Positions 35,573-40,693 of a stretch of 40,693 bases of DNA are shown here, in pieces (the first letter of the stretch is position 1; every line of letters starts with the position of its first letter). The stretch is from the NCBI GenBank assembly GCA_031297485.1, contig JAISYE010000067.1, positions 1 to 40,693 of the forward strand, read 5' to 3'. This stretch comes from Clostridiales bacterium. Lineage in GTDB: Bacteria; Bacillota; Clostridia; Lachnospirales; JAISYE01. The notes beneath the pieces were generated by a model. That model was not told where the DNA came from and ran no database searches. It saw nothing but the letters and a program-made list of their open reading frames with translations. A program made the translations under genes and the position numbers.

Positions 35573-36979
35573 ATGCGCGTTGGTAAATTGTTCGGAACAA
35601 AAGATATGACCGTCGGTACGCCTTGGCAAAAACTGCTTCTGTTTGCCGCGCCGCTGTTGATTGGGAATGTTATTCAGCAAATATACAGCACGGTGGACGC
35701 CGTCGTCGTCGGGCGTTTTGTCGGCGACGAGGCGTTGGCGGCAGTTGGCGGCAGTTTCCCTATTATTAACCTTGTTTTTATTCTGTTTATCAGCATAGCG
35801 ACAGGCGCGGGAATTATGGTGGCGCAATATTTCGGGGCAAAAGACAGGGAAACGCTTTCGCAAACAATAGGTACGACACTTACCCTTATGGCTGTGGCAA
35901 GCGTTATTATTATGGCCGCCGGCTCAATAATTACGCGCCCGCTCTTGACGCTTATTAAAACACCCGTCAACGTAATTGACGGCTGTACGGAATATTTGAC
36001 AATAATATTCATCGGTATTTCCGGCATTGCCTACTACAACGGAGTTTCAGGCATTTTGCGCGGAATGGGCGACAGCGTTATGCCGCTCGTATTTTTATCT
36101 ATAACTTGTTTCCTTAATATTGTGTTGGACATTTGGTTTGTTGGCGGTTTGGGTTGGGGCATAGCGGGCGCGGCTTGGGCTACGGTTATTTCCCAGTGGG
36201 TTTCCTCCGTGCTTTGCATTATAAGGCTTGCGCGGATGAAAGGCACGATAGACCTGAACCTTAAACGGTTGTTCCCTAAAAAGAATTTGTGCGCGCAACT
36301 GCTGAAACTCGGCGCGCCATCCGCGGTAACGCAAGTTATATTCGCTTTCGCCAATATTTTGGTGCAGTCGCTGACGAACAGTTTCGGATCATATATAATG
36401 ACCTGCGGCACAATCGTAATGCGCGTGGACGGGTTCGCCATGATGCCTAACTTTACGTTCGGTATGGCTATGTCGACCTTTGTCGGGCAAAATATAGGGG
36501 CAAATAAAATTGACCGCGTTAAAGCGGGCGTCCGCTCGGGGCTTTTAATGGCGGTCACTTTTTCAACCGTAATGGTGATCTTGATAATAATTTTTGGTAA
36601 ATATCTTATGGGGATTTTTACGACTACGCAAGACGTAATCGATTTAAGCTATAAAATGCTGTGCATACTTGCGGTAGGTTATATAGCGATGTCGGTGACG
36701 CAGACGCTGGGCGGTTCGATGAGCGGCGCGGGCGACACCACGTCGCCTATGTTTGTTTCCATATTCAGCACGATAATAATCCGAATGCCGCTTGCTTACC
36801 TGCTGGCGTACCTTACACGCTCGCGGGAAAATCCGAAGGGCATACCAGAAATAGCGCTGTATGTTTCACTTTTAACCGCTTGGATTCTCGGCGCTTGTTT
36901 GGCGGCTGTATTATTCAAAAGAGGACGCTGGCGCACAAAAAGCGTTGTCAAATCGGCTGACGGACAGCAGGTTTTGTAA
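35573..36979 (+). CDS. MATE family efflux transporter
   Basis: 'KDMTVG.PW', 'QQIYSTVDAVVVGRFVG..ALAAVG', 'RGMGDS..PL', 'NIVLD', 'GQNIGA', 'GAGDT'. Confidence 0.93.
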   Translation: MRVGKLFGTKDMTVGTPWQKLLLFAAPLLIGNVIQQIYSTVDAVVVGRFVGDEALAAVGGSFPIINLVFILFISIATGAGIMVAQYFGAKDRETLSQTIGTTLTLMAVASVIIMAAGSIITRPLLTLIKTPVNVIDGCTEYLTIIFIGISGIAYYNGVSGILRGMGDSVMPLVFLSITCFLNIVLDIWFVGGLGWGIAGAAWATVISQWVSSVLCIIRLARMKGTIDLNLKRLFPKKNLCAQLLKLGAPSAVTQVIFAFANILVQSLTNSFGSYIMTCGTIVMRVDGFAMMPNFTFGMAMSTFVGQNIGANKIDRVKAGVRSGLLMAVTFSTVMVILIIIFGKYLMGIFTTTQDVIDLSYKMLCILAVGYIAMSVTQTLGGSMSGAGDTTSPMFVSIFSTIIIRMPLAYLLAYLTRSRENPKGIPEIALYVSLLTAWILGACLAAVLFKRGRWRTKSVVKSADGQQVL

Positions 36980-36994
36980 ATTGCCCCGATTTAA

Positions 36995-37058
36995 GGCGTG
37001 TTTGAAAATTCCTTAAAGCGCGAAATTTAGAATAGGAATTAAGTTTTCAAACACGTCC
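36995..37058. mobile_element. 64-bp family E MITE-like element, uninterrupted copy
   Basis: ggcgtgtttgaaaa...ttttcaaacacgtcc terminal inverted repeats; second copy at 15749-15877. Confidence 0.8.
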
Positions 37059-37083
37059 CAGGCCCCAAAGCCGTGGTATTCAT

Positions 37084-37126
37084 AAAAGGCCCGCAGCTGC
37101 CGCAAAACGGCAGCTGCGGGCCTTTT
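37084..37126. terminator. Bidirectional Rho-independent terminator
   Basis: aaaaggcccgcagctgccg-caaaa-cggcagctgcgggcctttt, a perfect 19-bp stem. Confidence 0.85.
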
Positions 37127-37134
37127 ACCGTGTA

Positions 37135-37230
37135 CTAATTAATCCATGGCGCCCCACGGGCGTAAAGCAGGTTAATCCGCGCCTGCGCGGCCTGTGCCCG
37201 GGTCATTTCGCTCCTCGGGCCTCAGTATCC
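37135..37230 (-). pseudogene. Remnant of the 3' end of an SLH-domain protein gene
   Basis: Minus strand reads (L R P, frameshifted) ..PRSEMTRAQAAQARINLL..stop, resembling the SLH motif P-x3-(I/M)TRA(E/Q)AA, and points into the terminator. Confidence 0.5.
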
Positions 37231-37400
37231 GAGTGGGACAGACCGCCGTCTTTGTTCTTATCAAGCCTTAATTTTGATTCCACGGGATAATAATCCCATA
37301 TCTGGATAACATAAATGCGGGCGTAAAACATGCGCCACACCACAGGAATGGTCAAAGGTTAAAAATGACAGTTGCCTGATAAAAAAGGAGTGCAGGATAA

Positions 37401-40400
37401 ATGAAGGTCGCAAAATATTGTTGGGCCTTGCTGCTTGTTGTGTTAACGGTGGCTGATTTGTCCACGGGCGTATTTGCCAAGGCGATGAATAAGAAGTATA
37501 CCCGCGAGGTGCGGGTCCAAAGCGCGATACAGCTGCTGGACGCGGCCGCGCGCTACGAGGATGGCGAGGCGATAGTCCTGGCGGGGGACATCAGCCTGAC
37601 GCAGCCGCTGGTATTTATGGGCAGGGGCACAATCACGCTGGATTTAAACGGCTTTAAGCTGGATGTGGTTACAGCGGACAGGGACGCGGTTTCCCTTGAA
37701 AATGCCGTGGCCGGCCTTGTAATAACGGACCGGCAGGACGGTATGGGCAAACTTACGGCCCAATGCGCCTACGCGGGGGAGACACCCAACCCCACGGGCA
37801 GCGCGGGCATTCGCGTGCTGGACCGCGGCCAGTCCCTTGTAATTGAGAATTGCGGCGTCGAAGCCACAGGCGGTAATTTCGGCGCGGGCATTGGCGGCAG
37901 CCAATACGCCGCCGGCGCGGTTACGATAAGAAGCGGCGTCGTAACAGCCAAGGGCGGAATGTACGGCGCCGGACTCGGCGGAGGATATCAGCAGCCTGGC
38001 GGCGACATTTTAATAGAGGACGGGACCATTACGGCTGTTGGCGGCGATTACGGCGCGGGCATAGGAACCGGCGGCTTTGACGGCTTAATCCGGCCTCAAA
38101 GCACGGCGGTGACTATAACCGGCGGCCGCGTAATGGCTAATGGCGGCGCACAGGCCGCGGGTATCGGCGGCGGGAAACTTCAAAACCGCTGCGCTGTAAA
38201 TATCTCCGGCGGAAACGTAAGCGCTCTGGGCGGCGCAGGCGGCGCGGGCATCGGAAGCGGCGGCGTCAGTGCCCTTGGTCTCCAATATAACGGCAAACTG
38301 CAAGGCGCGGTAACCATATCCGGCGGCAACGTCAGGGCGGAAGGCGGCAGTTTTGGCGCTGGTATAGGGACCGGCGAGGGCCGCGGTGATTTATCAGCCG
38401 AAGCGCTGCTGGAAGGCCGCGCCATTAAGCTGGAAGGCGGCAATGTCCTGGCCCGGGGAGGAAGCGGCGGCGCGGGTGTTGGCGGCGGCGCGTACCTTTC
38501 CGGCGGCGATATAGAGATTTGTGATACGGTGATGCTGGAAGCTTTCGGCGGCGAGCTGGCGGCAGGTATCGGCGGCGGCAAGGGCGCGGAATCCGGCAAG
38601 TGCGTTATGCTGGCTGGCGGGAAAATTTACGCCGCCGGCGGCGATTTTGCGGCTGGTATAGGTTCCGGCGCTTTTTCCATGGAACACTTGGAGCCCACGG
38701 ACTCCTATTTTCAAGGGCGGAAAAATATTCAAATAGCAGGCGGCAGCGTTGAGGCTGTGGCGGGTTCGGACGCGGCGGCAATAGGCGGCGGTTCGGGCGG
38801 TTCGGGAGCGCGGCTATTTGTGTCCGGCGGCGCGGTTATAAACGCCGTAAGCGAATGGGAAACCACAATAGGCGCGGGCAGGTATTCCTATGACAACGGT
38901 TCTATGACAATCACCGGCGGCAACATCCGCGCAAACAACCGGGTAGGCGCCGCGCCGGTGGATTTGCGCGGCAAGCCGGTTTTCCGCGGCCAAATAGGCG
39001 TTTACTCCTCGGAGGACAATTCCCCTGTGGCGGACGCGCCGGTGGATATCCTGCTGGACGACGAAAACCTGCTGTCTGTGCGCACAAGCGCGGACGGCAA
39101 GGCTGTCATATACCTGCCCTTGGACGCCGCCCCTATAGATGTGCGGGCCGGCGCGGACAGGGCGCGCTTTGACGGGGGTGATTTCAAATTTACCGAGGAC
39201 GGCGAGACCGCGCTTGTATTCCATGTGCAGAACAGTTCGCCGCTTAAAATACTGTCCGCGGAAGCCACGCACTACATTGGCGGGCGTTACGACACCATAC
39301 CGCTGGACTACAGCGGCGGCGGCGGAAACGTGACATTTTCGGTTCTTGACAACCAGCAGGATATAAGAATAGACGCCGCGTCCGGAGTGCTCACCATACC
39401 GGTAAATGTCAAACCAGGTGAATACACCTTAATGGTAAACGCCTTTGACGACGGCCAGCTGGCGGACAGCGCGCCCTTTGCGCTTACGGTAAAGGAGAAG
39501 CTGCTGGAGATTGTGCCGGACAAACCGTCATATACTATAGCGCCGGGGGCGAGCCAAGTTCTGCGGGTTTCGACTTTGCCTCATAACGCGGACGTGGCGC
39601 GGCTGGACTGGAAAGTAACCGCGGGCGACGCGGACTTCGCCCTAACCGACTATTACAGTATTACCGGCGAGAAGGCCGCCGTGTTTTCCGCGCAAACGCC
39701 GGGCGAGTACGCCGTAACAGTGGCGGCCAAGGACGCGGACGCCAACACGGCGCAGGAGACCATACTTGTAACAGTCGCGGACGAGACGGAGCGACTCCCG
39801 CGGGAACAAGCGGCGCCGGTATTCGCCGGCGGCAAGGGGGCCGGGGAAATATCCGCGTGGAATGTAAACAGGCTGGACGCGGCGACAGCCAGCATCGGGT
39901 TTTATTCTGATATAGACGGTTCCTATGTTTACGAGCTTGTAAACGAAGGTCAGAACGCGAGCGGGAATTTTACAGAAGGCGGAATTGTGACAGCGGGCCA
40001 TAACAGCGTAACGCTGGGCGGTCTGCCGGAATCGGGCGCGTACAGTTACAAAGTGAGGATTATAAACGCGGATGGCGCGGAGAGCGTGACAAGGGAAATT
40101 TACGTGCCTGCCTATCAGGCGGGGGACATAAGCCCGCCGCTCTTGTCCGAACTTACGGCGGCCCGCTTATCGCCCACGGCGGCGGCGCTGAGCTTTAAGG
40201 CTGACGAGGAAGGCGAGCTGGTATACCTGACCGGCGGGGAAGGCGCGGCGGCTAAGACGCGCATAGTGCCCGGGCCAAACCGCGTGACTATAGGGTCTCT
40301 TGACACGGAAGCGCCCTTGCGGATATACGCCGCCGCGCTGGACACCCTGGGCAATTATACTGAAACAATAGAGGTGGAAATACCCGGCTACAGCCATAAG

Positions 40401-40693
40401 AATCTGACAGTGCTGGCGCCCTCCGGCCTATGGACCCGCAGGGAGGGTTTAAACACCGCTGTGGTTGGTTTTTCCTCTGAAATAGAAGGCGAGCTTCTAT
40501 ATAGGATAGCGCCGAGCCGCAGTCTGGGGCTGGCGCCGGTTCTTTCGGAAGCGGAGGAATGGGTGGAGCCGGGCATTACGGCGGCGGCCTCGGCCAACGA
40601 ATTTACCATAGAAAACCTGCCGGACGGCGGCGAATACACTGTGAGCATAGCGGTACGCGACCCGGTTTCACGGAACGTGACTCCCCCGTCCGC
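37401..40693 (+). CDS. Large secreted/surface protein, 3' partial, with about 10 GG-x2-(G/A)AGIG-x-G repeats followed by Ig/Fn3-like domains
   Basis: AAGGAG RBS, ATG 37401, signal peptide 'MKVAKYCWALLLVVLT..VFA'. The same frame is still open at the window end, which would explain its absence from the ORF track. Repeats span about 37868-38800. Confidence 0.85.
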   Translation, partial: MKVAKYCWALLLVVLTVADLSTGVFAKAMNKKYTREVRVQSAIQLLDAAARYEDGEAIVLAGDISLTQPLVFMGRGTITLDLNGFKLDVVTADRDAVSLENAVAGLVITDRQDGMGKLTAQCAYAGETPNPTGSAGIRVLDRGQSLVIENCGVEATGGNFGAGIGGSQYAAGAVTIRSGVVTAKGGMYGAGLGGGYQQPGGDILIEDGTITAVGGDYGAGIGTGGFDGLIRPQSTAVTITGGRVMANGGAQAAGIGGGKLQNRCAVNISGGNVSALGGAGGAGIGSGGVSALGLQYNGKLQGAVTISGGNVRAEGGSFGAGIGTGEGRGDLSAEALLEGRAIKLEGGNVLARGGSGGAGVGGGAYLSGGDIEICDTVMLEAFGGELAAGIGGGKGAESGKCVMLAGGKIYAAGGDFAAGIGSGAFSMEHLEPTDSYFQGRKNIQIAGGSVEAVAGSDAAAIGGGSGGSGARLFVSGGAVINAVSEWETTIGAGRYSYDNGSMTITGGNIRANNRVGAAPVDLRGKPVFRGQIGVYSSEDNSPVADAPVDILLDDENLLSVRTSADGKAVIYLPLDAAPIDVRAGADRARFDGGDFKFTEDGETALVFHVQNSSPLKILSAEATHYIGGRYDTIPLDYSGGGGNVTFSVLDNQQDIRIDAASGVLTIPVNVKPGEYTLMVNAFDDGQLADSAPFALTVKEKLLEIVPDKPSYTIAPGASQVLRVSTLPHNADVARLDWKVTAGDADFALTDYYSITGEKAAVFSAQTPGEYAVTVAAKDADANTAQETILVTVADETERLPREQAAPVFAGGKGAGEISAWNVNRLDAATASIGFYSDIDGSYVYELVNEGQNASGNFTEGGIVTAGHNSVTLGGLPESGAYSYKVRIINADGAESVTREIYVPAYQAGDISPPLLSELTAARLSPTAAALSFKADEEGELVYLTGGEGAAAKTRIVPGPNRVTIGSLDTEAPLRIYAAALDTLGNYTETIEVEIPGYSHKNLTVLAPSGLWTRREGLNTAVVGFSSEIEGELLYRIAPSRSLGLAPVLSEAEEWVEPGITAAASANEFTIENLPDGGEYTVSIAVRDPVSRNVTPPS

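Overview
Chromosomal region of a monoderm Bacillota (Clostridia-like) bacterium; the taxonomy is inferred from gene content. Genes in order: 3' end of a surface protein with a C-terminal copper-amine-oxidase-N (stalk) domain; a PLP aminotransferase; a ydjG-ydjH-ydjI-like operon without pspA; a truncated lipoprotein; an Hpt plus REC-HD-GYP pair; an LCP protein; a heterodimeric ABC exporter; an operon of PatB/MalY C-S lyase, polar amino-acid ABC importer and a fused Fe-S/Mo-bisPGD oxidoreductase; a YesMN-type regulated sugar/ester utilisation cluster; a MATE pump; and the 5' part of a large GAGIGG-repeat surface protein. The most striking feature is a dense set of small, modular palindromic repeats with no transposase in the window. 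They insert into one another with no visible target duplication. Twice they sit in frame inside ORFs (75 bp and 84 bp); in the 75-bp case an internal 16-bp duplication turns a 59-bp unit into a frame-preserving one. At one site an element sits next to a degenerate copy of the 3' end of a gene 11.6 kb away. All assignments come from reading motifs by eye; no database searches were run.
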